Shown piece by piece: positions 32,210-47,530 of a stretch of DNA of 64,000 nucleotides (its first letter is position 1; each line of letters opens with the position of its first letter). The notes beneath the pieces were generated by a model that ran no database searches, was not told the origin of the DNA, and worked only from the letters and a program-made list of their open reading frames with translations. A program made the translations under genes and the position numbers. The stretch covers positions 172,794,001 through 172,858,000 of the forward strand of contig OZ024740.1 of assembly GCA_964016885.1 (NCBI GenBank). The letters are read 5' to 3'. Origin of the DNA: Eledone cirrhosa. Taxonomy: Eukaryota.

Positions 32210-32386
32210 CATACATATATATATATATATATACATATACACACATATATATATATATACATATACATACGCATATATATATATATGCATACATATATAT
32301 ATATATATATATATACAAATACATATATATATATATACATATACATACGTATATATATATATATATATATATACATACATATATAC

Positions 32387-32419
<33 letters not shown>

Positions 32420-32447
32420 CATATATACATATATATATATATATACA

Positions 32448-32479
<32 letters not shown>

Positions 32480-32507
32480 CATACATACATATATATATAT
32501 ATATACA

Positions 32508-32812
<305 letters not shown>

Positions 32813-33096
32813 ATTGTATTCTTACATGAAAATATATTAGGCTTCTACATAAACTGGAAATATTCTCCCAACTTGTAGAATACTTATAATGAAACAATTG
32901 TTTGGAAAGAGAGATATATTTTAATTTTAATTTTAATTGTATCTCATATAAAATAATACAACTGGCTTTCCACAAAATACATATAGTTAGCACCCCAGAC
33001 ACTAAATTGGGTTTATACTAACATATAACCTAATGTTTGTTGAGTGAGATGGTTACCAGTCGGAGTTTAGCGTGAAGCTTTCTCTGTTATTATATT

Positions 33097-33140
<44 letters not shown>

Positions 33141-33822
33141 CGTATATATATATATATATACATACATATATATACATACGTATATATATATATATACATA
33201 CATATATATACATAGGTATATATATATACATACATACATATATATACATACATACATACATATATATATATATATTATATATATACATACGTATATATAT
33301 ATATATATATATATACATACATATATATACATACGTATATATATATATACATATACATACGTATATATATATATATATATATATACATACATATATATAC
33401 ATACGTATATATATATATACATACATATATATACATACGTATATATATATATATATATATACATACATACATATACATACGTATATATATATATATATAT
33501 ACATACATACATATACATACGTATATATATATATATATACATACATACATATACATACGTATATATATATATATACATACATACATATACATACGTATAT
33601 ATATATACATACATACATATACATACGTATATATATATATATATATACATACATACATATACATACGTATATATATATATACATACATACATATACATAC
33701 GTATATATATATATATACATACATATACATACGCGTATATATATATATATATACATACATACATATACATACGCGTATATATATATATACATACATACAT
33801 ATACATACGCGTATATATATAT

Positions 33823-33891
<69 letters not shown>

Positions 33892-33942
33892 CATACATAC
33901 ATACATACATATATATATATACATACATATATATATATATAT

Positions 33943-33991
<49 letters not shown>

Positions 33992-34010
33992 CATATATAT
34001 ATATACATAT

Positions 34011-34041
<31 letters not shown>

Positions 34042-34090
34042 CATACATATATATATATACATATATACATACATATATATATATATATAT

Positions 34091-35354
34091 ACTTTGCGAA
34101 GGCCTTTGACAAGGTCGACCACGGAATGATATGTCACAAACTACACGGACTCGGCATAACTGGAAAAGTAGGTGAGTGGCCGCATGGCTTCCTAAGGGAC
34201 AGAAGCCAGGCAGTCGCAGCAAATAGGGCCCTCTCGAGGGAAACACCGATAACAAGTGGGGTGCCCCAGGGGACAGTCCTGGGACCACTACTGTTTTTGG
34301 TGGCTCTCTCAGACATGTCCTCTGTGGTGCATGCAACAACATCCCTCGCTAGCTATGCTGATGACACTAAGGTAGCACAGGCAATCAAAAACCCGGCTGA
34401 CGCTACCCTTTTACAGCAGGATCTGGATGCCATATACAGATGGGCGGAAGAAAACAACATGCAGTTTAATGCTGGCAAATTCCAAGCCCTACAATACAAA
34501 TCTGCAAACACAAATATAGTGGAACACAGCTACACACGACCAGGAGGGACCGATATCCCCGTGTCAAAATCGATACGAGACCTCGGCATAGACATGAGCG
34601 ATGATGCATCTTTTTCTTCACACATCATGAAAGTGGCGACAATGTGCAGACGACTCGCTGGCTGGATCTTGAGGACTTTCCGGACAAGAGATCGAGACAC
34701 CATGTTGACACTGTGGAGGACTTTTGTCCTAAGCCGCCTGGACTACTGCTCCCAGTTGTGGTCACCCCATAGTGTCAAACTAACCACAGAGCTTGAGGCA
34801 ATCCAGCGAAGCTACACCAAGAGGATTGCCAAGATGAGGGAGACAAGCTACTGGGAGAGGCTGAAGGAACTGAACCTCTACTCCTTGGAGCGAAGACGGG
34901 AGAATACGCAGTGATCTACATGTGGAAAATCCTGGAGAGACTAGCACCAAACTTTGGCATTGGGAGCTGGACCAACCGTCGAACAGGACGTCACTGTGTG
35001 GTGCCAAATGTCCCGTCTTCCACATCTAGAATAAGGAGCAGGTATTGCAATAGCCTGGGATTCAAGGGCCCTCAACTCTTCAACAGGCTGCCGAGGCATC
35101 TGAGAGACTTGCATGACGTGGAGGTGGATGCCTTTAAGAAACATCTCGACACCTTGTTATCCAGGATCCCGGATGAGCCCACAGCAAGACACGAGGGAAA
35201 CCTAAGGGCAGCAGCAACAAACTCCCTCTTACACCAGTGGCCAACCTATACAGGCTGGAGATAAAATGTGTAGCAACAAGGGCGGTGCCCTAGCATGGCC
35301 TCAGCCGGATGGCTGAAACAGGTAAAAGAGTAAAAGAGTAAAAGAGTAAAAGAG
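34091..35354 (+). mobile_element. CR1/L2-group LINE, 5'-truncated RT with (GTAAAAGA)n tail
   Basis: [70 protein letters not shown]; one frameshift at ~34910. Confidence 0.9.
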
Positions 35355-35357
35355 TAT

Positions 35358-35416
<59 letters not shown>

Positions 35417-35427
35417 TACATATATAT

Positions 35428-35510
<83 letters not shown>

Positions 35511-35798
35511 TATACATATATACATATATATAGCGGCGATGATTAGTTTAGCGAGGTTTTTTATATGAAATCGTGTCGAAACAGATATTGTTATACTTGG
35601 GGAGGGTCATATTTGCGTAATATTGCCAGAATTAATAACAGAACACACTCACTGTTTGGTTGGTTTTCGCTTCTCGCTGTCTTTTATATCTGCGATCTAA
35701 CTTACTCGGTCCTCAATGTTGCCATTGACTGACCGACGGTCAAAAATAATATAGATACAATATAGACACAAACACATATATATAGTTTACATAATTTA

Positions 35799-35836
35799 CA
35801 TAAATCTTTCGTTGCACATCTGCAACATCGTCAGTG
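35799..35836 (-). ncRNA. Minimal hammerhead ribozyme (family A)
   Basis: CA CTGACGA T GTTGCA GATG TGCAAC GAAA GATT TA TG; stem I is short. Confidence 0.7.
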
Positions 35837-36076
35837 GTGTTATATTTTTTATTCAGTCTGTCTATATATTTATTTATTTATTTGCTTGTTTTTTTTTTTA
35901 TTTTGTCTTCTTTGCGCATGCGTTTGCGTGTGTGTATAGTGTTGTGTGTGCTGTGTGACTAGTGTGTATAGTGTTGTGTCTGCTGGGTGAGTAGTGTGTG
36001 TTTATGTGCTTGTTGTTATTGTGCTTGTGTATGTATTTATTTATCTTATTTTATTTTATTTTATTTATTTACTTAT

Positions 36077-38002
36077 TTATACTTCTCTTAGGTCAGTGTT
36101 GTTTGTTTGGGTGTTGTTGTTGTTGTTCCACTCATTCTTTCTGTTTAGCTTTGGTCTTCTAATTTCTATTTCACTGGCCTCTCTGATTTGCCTATCTGCT
36201 GGGTCATTCGTATGTTTAGATATTATTCTAATTTCTATGTTGTCTATGTTACCGTCATGTTGTTGTCTAGCATGTTTGTATAGTACTGACCCGTTTTTTC
36301 GTCCTTTTAGTTCCCCCCAGTGTTGGTCTATCCTTTCACCTATGCTTCGAGCTGTCTCACCTATGTATGTTGTTGTCATGTTTCTGCAAGTACCCTCTGT
36401 ACATCTTATGCTATAGACTACGTTTCTAGTTTTACAGTTTATCCGGGGGTTCACCTTACATATGATACATTTCCTATTGGTACAGTGGGTTTTCTTAAAA
36501 GGGTAGGTTTTGATGATCAGGGATTTTATGGTGGTTCCTGGCTTTTCTACCACCTTTATTTTTAAGTGGGTCTTTCTCAGGGCCTTTCTACACTGGTTAG
36601 CTAATTTCCCTCCAGGGGTGGCGTCCACAAACATGACACTCTGATATCTCTGGTTGTCGTACCATGATGTGGCCTTCCCTATCTTATGTCTAGCCCTATC
36701 TAAGCTATTCCATGATTTGCTCCTGTATAGTGGGCAAATTCCTTTCATGTCCAGTTCTATGAGGGTCTTATACTTTTCCATGGCTCCTTCGTATACTCTG
36801 ACTCTGTCTCTTTGGTTGTAGCCAGAAAACTGCATGCGGTTGATGAAGTGTTGGATGTGTCTTTCCATTTCTGTTGGGTCACACATGCTGGACACATTCT
36901 TCATCACTCGTACCAAATCTGCGATCAGAATATTAAACTTAGCACTACTGGACATTGCTGAGTTTTTGAGTATCAGGTATTTGGAGGCCATGGGTTTAGC
37001 ATAGTGTGAGTGGAGAATTTGGGCTCTCTCGTCTATAGTGTTAATCCAGAGTTCTGTGTCTAATACAGGTAGTCTATTATTAGGGTGTTTGGAAGGGAAG
37101 TCGATAGTTACAGTTATACTCTGGTGTATGGAATTAGCTATCTGCTGGATGCTTTCCATCGTGCTACGTTCTAAATCAAACTTGTTAGTGCTCTCTAGTG
37201 GGGGTGTTCTTATAACTATATTGATATCGTCTACATAACGAGAGTACATGATGAGGTCTATGGAGCTTTCATTAAGGAGATCTTTAAGACTCCTTTCCCA
37301 CCATACCATGAAAAGGTTGGCAACATCACCAGCTATGCAGACGCCGATGGCTGCTCCCTCATTTTGGGTGTAGATTTTCTCATTGAACTTAAATATGTGG
37401 CCCTTTAGGGTAGTTTTGATACTAGCCCCTATTGCATGTGCGACCATTTTTTCTTACCTGATCAGTGTTTTGGGGGGTCCGTATAGCTTTGGTCCACCCA
37501 ATCCACCTTCTTATGGGAGTCTTTTTAGCCATTGAGGTTTTGGTGGGGGGTCTACCTCTTATAGGTCTACTAGGGCAGAAACATCTAAGGTCATGGCTGT
37601 CTAGGTAGTCAGTGTCGTAGGTAAGTCTAGGTAGGAGGCCCAGTTCGTCTGTGTCGACGTCGCAGAACTCCACCTCACTCTCAATGATCATCTCCACACA
37701 TCTTTTCACAGCAAAATCAATGTTAATGGATGGGTACAGTGACACCACATCCATGCTGCCTATTATGCAGTTGGATAGGCTCCTGTTTTTGTTGCACTCA
37801 CTGATTCTGGTGAGGAGGTCCTCTGTACTTTCACATACATCTGGGGACATCTTGATTATGGGGCGTATAACCATTGAGAGGAAGTAGGAGATCCTGTAGT
37901 TGCTAGCTATATTAGCTCCGCATACGGGTCTTGTTGGTGGTCCTGTTGTCGGGTCGTTGACTGTCTTGTGGTCTTTGCGGAGCCCATACACGGGTGGTAT
38001 GC
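36077..38002 (-). CDS. PLE RT plus GIY-YIG (partial); single frameshift in an A run at ~37450
   Basis: [52 protein letters not shown], CxxxxCxxC linker, [11 protein letters not shown]. Confidence 0.9.
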
Positions 38003-38132
38003 CATTGAGGACCGAGTAAGTTAGATCGCAGATATAAAAGACAGCGAGAAGCGAAAACCAACCAAACAGTGAGTGTGTTCTGTTTTTAATTCTGGCAATA
38101 TTACCCAAATATGACCCTCCCCAAGTATAACA

Positions 38133-38237
<105 letters not shown>

Positions 38238-38514
38238 TACATATATATACATATATACATATATATATATAAATATATATAAACGTTTGTATATGTATAA
38301 TAAAGCCAAAACAATGCAGGTATGGACATAGAATAAAGAATGCAAATGCAAAAGATATTGTTGACAATTTGTCTTTTACCTTAGATTTATATATATACAT
38401 ACATATATATATATATATATACACATATATATATATATATAAATATATATATATATACATATATATATATACATATATACATATATATATATATATACAT
38501 ATATACATATGTAC

Positions 38515-38555
<41 letters not shown>

Positions 38556-38710
38556 CATATGTACAATATATATATATACATATATACATATATACAAATA
38601 TATATATATATGCATGTATACAAATATATATATATATACATATATACAAATATATATATATATATATATATACAAATATATATATATATATATATATATA
38701 CATACAAATA

Positions 38711-38754
<44 letters not shown>

Positions 38755-39167
38755 TGGTGGTGGCTGCCAACTCGTTTTCGAGTACGGCCACTACTTTATA
38801 TCCATGTAGGAGAACCCCTACCGATGCGCTGAACGAGTGTGACTTTTTAGTCCAGCCAGCGACTTGAAAACTCTGGTACAAACACTACACTTGTGACAAT
38901 TATTGACACTTAGTGCTGGGCCCATGGTATCATGTGACGACAAGTGCAGGGAGATCTCCAGATATAAAGCAATACCTGTGCCGTGAAGCTTTTATAGTGA
39001 GCAAAGGCACTGCACAAAGCCAGTCCCACTCTCTTAACCAAGATGATATTCACCAAAAAGAAGAACAAGTCAACATCATTGGATACCATCAGAGGTGCAG
39101 GTGTTATATCAGAGTTTTCCTTCTCCTAGAATTCTGCCTTGATAAAGGCTAAGGGGTCATCTCTCCC
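38755..39167 (-). mobile_element. Non-autonomous RTE-related element copy (5'-truncated)
   Basis: Near-identical to 9540-9948. Confidence 0.8.
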
Positions 39168-39182
39168 ATATACATACATATA

Positions 39183-39215
<33 letters not shown>

Positions 39216-39221
39216 GCATAC

Positions 39222-39360
<139 letters not shown>

Positions 39361-39429
39361 CATATATACATATATATATACATATATACATATATATATA
39401 CATATATATATATATACATATATATATAC

Positions 39430-39482
<53 letters not shown>

Positions 39483-39495
39483 CATATATATATAC

Positions 39496-39596
<101 letters not shown>

Positions 39597-39624
39597 TATA
39601 TACATATATATACATATATATACA

Positions 39625-39658
<34 letters not shown>

Positions 39659-39669
39659 CATATATATAC

Positions 39670-39705
<36 letters not shown>

Positions 39706-40066
39706 GGTGGCTGCCAACTCGTTTTCGACTACGGCCACTACTTTATATCCATGTAGGAGAACCCCTACCGATGCGCTGAACGAGTGTGACTTTTTAGTCC
39801 AGCCAGCGACTTGAAAACTCTGGTACAAACACTACACTTGTGACAATTATTGTCACATAGTGCTGGGCCCATGGTACCATGTGACGACAAGTGCAGAGAG
39901 ATCTCCAGATATAAAGCAATGCCTGTGCCGTGAAGCTTTTATAGTGAGCAAAGGCACTGCACAAAGCCAGTCCCCATCTCTTAACCAAGATGATATTTAC
40001 CAAAAAGAAGAACAAGTCAACATCATTGGATACCATCATGGTTGCAGGTGTTATATCAGAGTTCTC

Positions 40067-42481
40067 TGTAGTAAGACGCCTCACGCCTCTTGATAGAACA
40101 ACGCTGGTTGAGAACGCGAGAAAGAAAAAACAGACAGCCACTGAAAAGCCGACTGATCACACGCCAGAAACCAGCCTCTGTACCACACCATTGTTTGTGC
40201 TACATCAAAAATAAACATATATTTCATCTCTAATTTCTGCTGTTGAAATCATTATTATGTCACTCGTATCTCAATAACATCTATAACTAATACTGCTAAA
40301 GTGGTGACCGACGTAAGAATTTAACGCAGCCCTTCTTTTTCATTCAGTTGAACTTTTATTGCCACGTTGCCGGCCTTTTTCGCAACGTGCAAAGATACAA
40401 TATATTCCTTTCAAAGTTTTTTTTGAAAAATTAGCAGTATTTCAAAAACTTTTTGCTACACTCGACAACAAGAGGGTAGACAATTTACTATCCTCACTGA
40501 CCATAAACCATTGACTTTTGCTTTGAGAGCGAAGGCTGATAAATACTCGCCCAGAGAGACGAGACACCTTGATTTCATCTCGCAATATACGAGTGATATC
40601 CAGCACATTCCGGGTTCACTAAATACAGCGGCCGATGTTTTGTCCCGCTTACCCGTGACAGCGATCTCGTCATCCTCTGACATAGATCTAACTCGTTTGA
40701 CTGCGGATCAGCCTCCCCTTGAGTCATTGGATGTTACATCGCCTGAGTTTGCGAATTGCGAGATGAAATACTTGCCTCTGTCGACTGCAGTTGGCCAAAT
40801 CCTCTGCGACGTCTCTTTGGACGTGCCTAGGCCCTTCGTTCCAGAGAATCATCGTCGGACCGTGTTTCTGGCATTACATAGTATCTCGCATCCAGGATCT
40901 TCTGCCACAGCAAAGCTCATATCAGCTAGATTTTTCTGGCCAAATATGAGGCGTGAAATTGCTGCTTGGTGCCGTTCCTGCGTCGCTTGCCAGAGATCAA
41001 AGGTCCATCGACACGTCAAGGCTCCCCTGGGTACCTTTGCTAATCCAGATGTGCGTTTTTCACATATTCATATTGACATAGTGGGACCTTGGCCTGTCAG
41101 CGATGGTTTTTCTTATCTGCTGACCGTCATTAACCGTTTTTCGGGATGGCCTGAGGCCACCCTCTTGAAAAACATCACCGCGGAGACAACAGCACGTGCT
41201 CTTGTGTCTGGATGGATCTCTCGTTATGGAGTTCCATCCACAATAACTACCGACCGTGGACGACAGTTCGAGTCGAGCCTTTTCCTCGAGCTGTCAAAAT
41301 TAATTGGTGCTAAACGCATTAGAACTACGGCGTACCACCCCGCTTCGAATGGTATGGTGGAGCGTTTTCACCGACAACTGAAGGCCTCCTTAATGGCCTC
41401 AATGGACTCGGCGCATTGGAGCGAGTACCTCCCTATTGTGCTACTAGGGATTCGGTCAATGGTGAAGGTCGACTTTGGATTTTCACCGGCCGAAGTACTG
41501 TACGGTGCCCCTCTGACGTTGCCCGTGCAAATGCTTGCCCCTATCGATCTTGATGCCCAAGATCACGCTTCTTACGTGTCCCGTTTGCGCTCCTATTTCC
41601 AGGATTTGCCGCCAATGGACACTAGGAAACAAACTGTCAAGACTGCTGTCCCGAGGGATATTGCCTCGTGGACGCATGTCTTTGTAAGGAAAGATTCTGT
41701 GAAGCCCCCGCTCACACAGCCTTACACTGGACCTTACCGTGTCTTAGCGCGCTCGGCTAAGCATTTCACGTTAGATATTAAGGGGTCCAGGGAGACAGTT
41801 ATAATAGACAGGCTTAAGCAGGCGCACCTTGACACGGACGCTGTGGTTCCTGATCCACGAACCCCTTCGTATTTGCCTGTTGAGCGAACGCCTGTTCCTG
41901 AACCACCATCATCGCCTGTCCCTACACCACCACCATCGCCACGTTACAAGACCACGACCCGTTCAGGTCGTAGGGTCCACTGGCCCAAACAATTTTGCAG
42001 CACCGTCTATATTTAGACTGTTAGCTGCACCTTTTTTTGCCTCTGTGTTTCTGCTTTTTCTTTGCCTTGTTTTTTTTATGCATGCATGTTGTTGTTTTTT
42101 AACATTTTTCAAATCCTTATTCTGGATTCAATTTTTGGTAGAGCGAATAGCTCCACCTTGTTGCATTGTTAGCCATCTTACTCCACATGTGAGTAATGAC
42201 ATCGATTTTCGATAATTTGAAAATCTGGCAGGGGATACTGTAGTAAGACGCCTCACGCCTCTTGATAGAACAACGCTGATTGAGAACGCGAGAAAGAAAA
42301 AACAGACAGCCACTGAAAAGCCGACTGATCACACGCCAGAAACCAGCCTCTGTACTACACCATTGTTTGTGCTACATCAAAAATAAACATATATTTCATC
42401 TCTAATTTCTGCTGTTGAAATCATTATTATGTCACTCGTATCTCGTATCTCAATAACATCGAAATAACTAATACTGCTAAA
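40067..42481 (+). mobile_element. Ty3/Gypsy LTR retrotransposon, internally deleted; LTRs 40067-40300 and 42239-42481; TSD TCTC
   Basis: Two nearly identical ~235-bp LTRs starting TGTAGTAAG; PBS-like TGGTGACCGACGT at 40302; purine-rich GGCAGGGGATAC before the 3' LTR; 4-bp TSD. Confidence 0.93.
40472..42016 (+). CDS. End of RNase H plus Gypsy integrase (HHCC, DDE, GPY/F)
   Basis: [21 protein letters not shown]...[39 protein letters not shown]. Confidence 0.92.
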   Translation, partial: EGRQFTILTDHKPLTFALRAKADKYSPRETRHLDFISQYTSDIQHIPGSLNTAADVLSRLPVTAISSSSDIDLTRLTADQPPLESLDVTSPEFANCEMKYLPLSTAVGQILCDVSLDVPRPFVPENHRRTVFLALHSISHPGSSATAKLISARFFWPNMRREIAAWCRSCVACQRSKVHRHVKAPLGTFANPDVRFSHIHIDIVGPWPVSDGFSYLLTVINRFSGWPEATLLKNITAETTARALVSGWISRYGVPSTITTDRGRQFESSLFLELSKLIGAKRIRTTAYHPASNGMVERFHRQLKASLMASMDSAHWSEYLPIVLLGIRSMVKVDFGFSPAEVLYGAPLTLPVQMLAPIDLDAQDHASYVSRLRSYFQDLPPMDTRKQTVKTAVPRDIASWTHVFVRKDSVKPPLTQPYTGPYRVLARSAKHFTLDIKGSRETVIIDRLKQAHLDTDAVVPDPRTPSYLPVERTPVPEPPSSPVPTPPPSPRYKTTTRSGRRVHWPKQFCSTVYI

Positions 42482-42536
42482 TCTCCTTCTCCTAGAATTC
42501 TGCCTTGACAAAGGCTAAGGGGTCATCTTAGCATAT

Positions 42537-42609
<73 letters not shown>

Positions 42610-43091
42610 AATGGGAAAAATGGAATTTCATTTCTCACTCTTACTACGTTTGATACGGTTGATACTTAAATATAAGTATGTATACGTACATACATATATG
42701 TATACAGACGTACAGTAGTATGTATATACATATATGCACACATATATATATGTACGTATGGGTTTACCGAACATTTATTATAATGCTCGTTTTGTCGGTA
42801 AACAAACCGCCCGAATTATTAGCCGTACAGTGTTCGGCAACCACCGTTGCCATTTTGTTCAACACTGACAAAGGAACGATGAACTAGTTTCTAGCTTATT
42901 AGCTGTTATCAGCACCGTATACCTTCCAAGAACTGTAAATAATATTATTTTTTCTTTACCATTACCTTATGTTCCACATTACCCCCTGTTTTTTTCTTTT
43001 TTCTTTTCACTTCAAAAACCTTGTTTGTAAATAACATTATTCTTTCTTCCCCATTTCCTTAACATGTTCAACATCACCAAAAACAAATTCC

Positions 43092-43446
<355 letters not shown>

Positions 43447-44080
43447 CACAACAACAACATAACAAGCATGTTACAATGTTCAAACGATGGTAAATATTGA
43501 ATGTATTCCGGGGATATTACCATCTCGTCTAAACCTTCACCCTTTTCTTCATTCTCACTGATTAAACCAGATTTAAAAAAATATATTATTAGGTTCTAAG
43601 ACTGGATTTAAAAAATAAATCATTATTAGGGAATAATGATGTCATATGTTTTATATTACTTATTTACTTTTTGTTACTGGTTAATTTGTTCATTGCATAC
43701 CCAATGACGAGTGTAACAAGGGATTGCCTATAACTCAGTGCAGAGCAAATATCGTAAAGTTCTTCGTTCCAAAATACATAAATACAAGGCCTCTAATTTA
43801 TAGGAGACACGAATTAGTTTATTTGTCATTCCTCTTTTTCTTATGGGGCCTTAGCTGCGGAACAAAAGTGAAATAACTTTCACCAGGATTCGAAATCAGC
43901 CCAGCGTTATTGGTTCACTTTTTCTGTCAAGTGAGAGAAATCTCTTGTAATCAATTGCACAATTTCTATATATTTCTTTTACCTCTTCTTCGCTTCTTTC
44001 ATTTTTTTCCTTTCTCGCCGAATGACCATTTTCGCTATCAAATGGCTTTCTTCATTTCTTTCTTTCTTTCTTTCTTTCTT

Positions 44081-44131
<51 letters not shown>

Positions 44132-45360
44132 GTCTTCCTTTCTCTTTCAATGCTTCTTTTCTCATCTTTCGCTTTCACATTACTTTATGTTCCACTAGCT
44201 TTACACATAACAATACCGTAGAGAAACTGAAACAGCTAGTGACATATAAAAGCCATATTTTTGACACCATAGCCTTCCTCTTATCTGGAACACTCTAACC
44301 TAAACAGCGTCGCATGAAAACTATCATTAAATTTATTTTATCTTTGATTTCTATTTTTTTTATCTCTTTCACTTTCTCGGTTCTTATTGGGCGCCTCTTA
44401 TTGTTGAGGTTACCTTAGTTAGCATGATGCAGTGCCCTAGCTCGGCAAAGCCAGTTTTATGTCCCATCGAATGTGTCAACGTATTTTACACAAGAAATTT
44501 ACGACCTACCAAAGTCGCCTGACATTTATCAACTACACTCTCGGGTGTAAGCATTTGGACATATTTTAAAATTACTCAATGGGCAATATGGAGTCACTCT
44601 TCAACCAATAGTGAATAGGTGCATCTGATTGTCTCTCGAAATATGCGTCTGTAAGGAAAGAAGGGATGTGTAAAAAAAAAAGCGAAACTTTTAGTGTGCT
44701 AGCGTAGGGTGGGGTGAAGTGGGGTGAATTTTGCGGATACATGTATGCGTTTTGAGTATGCATGTGTCTGTAGATTACTAGGTTGCTTTGAGTCAGCATC
44801 TATTCACACACTCACACAAAGGCACAAACACACCATACGCACATATACATACTTATGGTCGAAAAGGCAAACATACATACAGATAAACACACGCACATTC
44901 TTTGTTGGAGCCCTCAAACCCCAATGAAGACGTAAGGGCACCGATATACGTCGCGTGTTGGGAAACTTAAATCTAATAAGCCGAATATCTCCACCTTCCC
45001 CAACCACCAGAAAATATATGAATACAACAATTTTACAAGGACAGTCGGCTTTCTTTATTCTATTCCTGTAGAAGCCATTTCTATATTAAATATGATATTC
45101 ATAAGCTGCTAATGTATTGAGTACCTCACTAACTGTGGTTACCCCGATTGATTCCGGGACTCACTCATATATATATATATATATCCATACAGTTCAAGAG
45201 TAACCAATCTTAAAGAGAGAGATGGAGATAGGAGAGGAGAAGACAGATTGGTGAATTAGTTAGAAGCCAAAGCGTAAAGGCATGTGCTCAATGTGCAATA
45301 TGCAGTGGAAGGCAGCTAGGTGACTGGGTTCATGCAGAGGTTAGGTGCCCAGAGCTGGAA

Positions 45361-46383
45361 ATATTCATTAGTTAAGCAAAACAAGACCACAAATCTCACA
45401 AGGAAGACATTATTAAAAGATTGTCAACAGTTTAATGTAAGGAATGTAGAGAATAATAATAATAATATTAATAATGTCCGTTTACAATTGTTTCGCTACT
45501 ACATATAATGTTTCTGGATCAAATGATTATAGATCATTATTGATCTGGTTCAGTTGAAGATAATTAACTTAGGTAAAATTGGAGCAGCTCATCGGAACTT
45601 CAAAAGGAATATAAATTAAAATAAAGAATGTTACATGAATGTAATGTTCCATATATTGGTATTTCACTATGGTGTCCTGGGTATATCTATTGTCTGCCAT
45701 AGGCGAGCAATATTCTTCTGTCGAGGCTGCATTATGTGAGATCTACCTATGGGTAACAAGATGGCCGCCAATGGACATATTTATCTTACTAATTAGAGGG
45801 TGGTTTCAGGGGAACTATTTAACTTATTAGCTATGAGCAAAAATGGGAATAGATGACTATGTTGGGTCAAATATTCTGTTGGCGAAGGAATTAGCCCTTC
45901 GATGTTGACAGCTAATAGTTACCTCCGTTCTATCATTAATCGGTAGAGGTCGTGATAGAGTTATGTAATATGCTTCGGTACGACAGAGATCACAAGAGTT
46001 TCTTCGTCCATTGAACGGTTGGGCCCTAGCCAAGATATCCCATGTTAGTGAGTGTTCAATGCTGGTTAATTTAAGGTTTTTAATGAGCCTAGCTAGAGGT
46101 GTTGAACATCTATTGCTATTTTAATTTATATTCCTTTTGAAGTTCCGATGAGCTGCTCCAATTTACCTAAGTTAATTATCTTCAACTGAACCAGATCAAT
46201 AATGATCTATAATCATTTGATCCAGAAACATTATATGGAGTAGCGAAACAATTGTAAACGGACATTATTAATATTATTATTATTCTCTACATTCCTTACA
46301 TTAAACTAAAACTACGTTGGCAATCTTTTAATAACGTCTTCCTTGTGAGATTTGTAGTCTTGTTTTGCTTAACTAATGAATAT
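45361..46383 (-). mobile_element. 5'-truncated Hydra-like PLE with ~260-bp inverted terminal repeats
   Basis: 45361-45623 is inverted at 46117-46383; the interior minus strand translates STPLARLIKNLK...SLTWDILARA...CDLCRTE...INDRTEVTISCQH, homologous to the C-terminus of the 16910 ORF. Confidence 0.85.
46142..46259 (+). ncRNA. Hammerhead ribozyme with long stem II and CCGATGA core; mirror copy at 45480-45598 (-)
   Basis: GTT CCGATGA GCTGCTCC ... GGAGTAGC GAAAC AATT GTA AAC. Confidence 0.75.
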
Positions 46384-46703
46384 ATATATATATAAGTATG
46401 ATCGAAGTCACTGTTGCAGCATATATATAAACTTTATTGGGATAGTACAATCGTTTCAAAATTTCAATATCGATCAGATCAGAGTATAATCATATTGACC
46501 GGGTCTCAACTTTTCCCCAATATTTCATCAGATATGCGAGTTTATATGTGTAAAGACAAATTCAAAATGTTGACAGAGGTCACGGGATACGTTTATATTT
46601 ATTTATACTCTGCTCACTACAGCCGCGTAACACGAGACGGATCTTGTAACAGCATCGTATGCTTGGAACAGCGAACTGCATGTAACTCTAGTTACAACTT
46701 ACC

Positions 46704-46797
<94 letters not shown>

Positions 46798-46799
<2 letters not shown>

Positions 46800-46892
46800 C
46801 GAAGACAGAGTGGTAAGGAACCAGATGGACCATAACGCATCAGAAATAGCCGTCCAAACGGCTTGAGCTCTGCCGTCGGGGTCAAACATTTT

Positions 46893-46895
<3 letters not shown>
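46798..46895. mobile_element. Hairpin-plus-tail family, internally deleted copy
   Basis: AACGAAG..GTGGTAAGGAACCAGATGGACCATAACGCA joined to CAGAAATAGCCGTC..GCCGTCGGGGTC. Confidence 0.7.
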
Positions 46896-46939
<44 letters not shown>

Positions 46940-46978
46940 GGAAAAAAATGAAACGAAATTTCATTTCTCATATATATA

Positions 46979-47282
46979 TATAAAGAAAAAGGGATGAAAT
47001 CGAAAATGCAACTGAAGTCTTATTTTTTTAAAAAATATATATATTTATTTGGTTCCTTTACCGGTTTCGCAGTTCTTCTGCTTTTCAAAAGGTGAGTTGA
47101 GATGGAGGGTCTGTGGTTTTTCTCACATCAGATGTAAGAAAAACCACAGACCCTCCATCTCAACTCACCTTTTGAAAAGCAGAAGAACTGCGAAACCGGT
47201 AAAGGAACCAAATAAATATATATATTTTAAAAAAAAATAAGACTTCAGTTGCATTTTCGATTTCATCCCTTTTTCTTTATAC
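46979..47282. repeat. Near-perfect fold-back palindrome, ~148-bp arms, each carrying a hammerhead
   Basis: TAAAGAAAAAGGGATG...GTGGTTTTTCT / AGAAAAACCAC...CATCCCTTTTTCTTTA. Confidence 0.9.
47168..47205 (+). ncRNA. Minimal hammerhead ribozyme, U3-A8 variant; mirror copy at 47055-47092 (-)
   Basis: CCTT TTGAAAA GCAG AAGAA CTGC GAAA CCGG TA AAGG. Confidence 0.8.
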
Positions 47283-47336
47283 TTCCACTCGTGTAGGACA
47301 CCTCGGTTATTTTTCATTTTGTAAAAAAAACCTCAC

Positions 47337-47397
<61 letters not shown>

Positions 47398-47485
47398 GAC
47401 TGAAATCGGGGGGTAACTACAGTAAATAAGGTACTCAATACACATAGGTAGAGTAAGAAGAACGAAAATTTAATATAGAAATACA

Positions 47486-47530
47486 TCCTACAGGACTAGA
47501 AATGTTTCATTCGTATGAAATCATCAGGAA
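47486..47530 (-). ncRNA. Probable hammerhead motif in a short TA-flanked insert (47395-47540)
   Basis: TTC CTGATGA TTTCATACGAAT GAAACA TTTCTAGTCC TGTA GGA. Confidence 0.55.

Larger units (their letters stand above)
39705..42528 (-). mobile_element. Non-autonomous RTE-related element copy split by the Gypsy insertion (39705-40066 and 42482-42528)
   Basis: ...ATCAGAGTTCTC | TCTCCTTCTCCTAGAATTCTGCC rejoins the family consensus. Confidence 0.85.

Noticed and set aside
35533-35595. GAAAC...GTT in PLE tails (also ~12016 and ~20386) as an antisense hammerhead
   Set aside because: No intact CUGANGA or UUGANAA core with a proper stem II.
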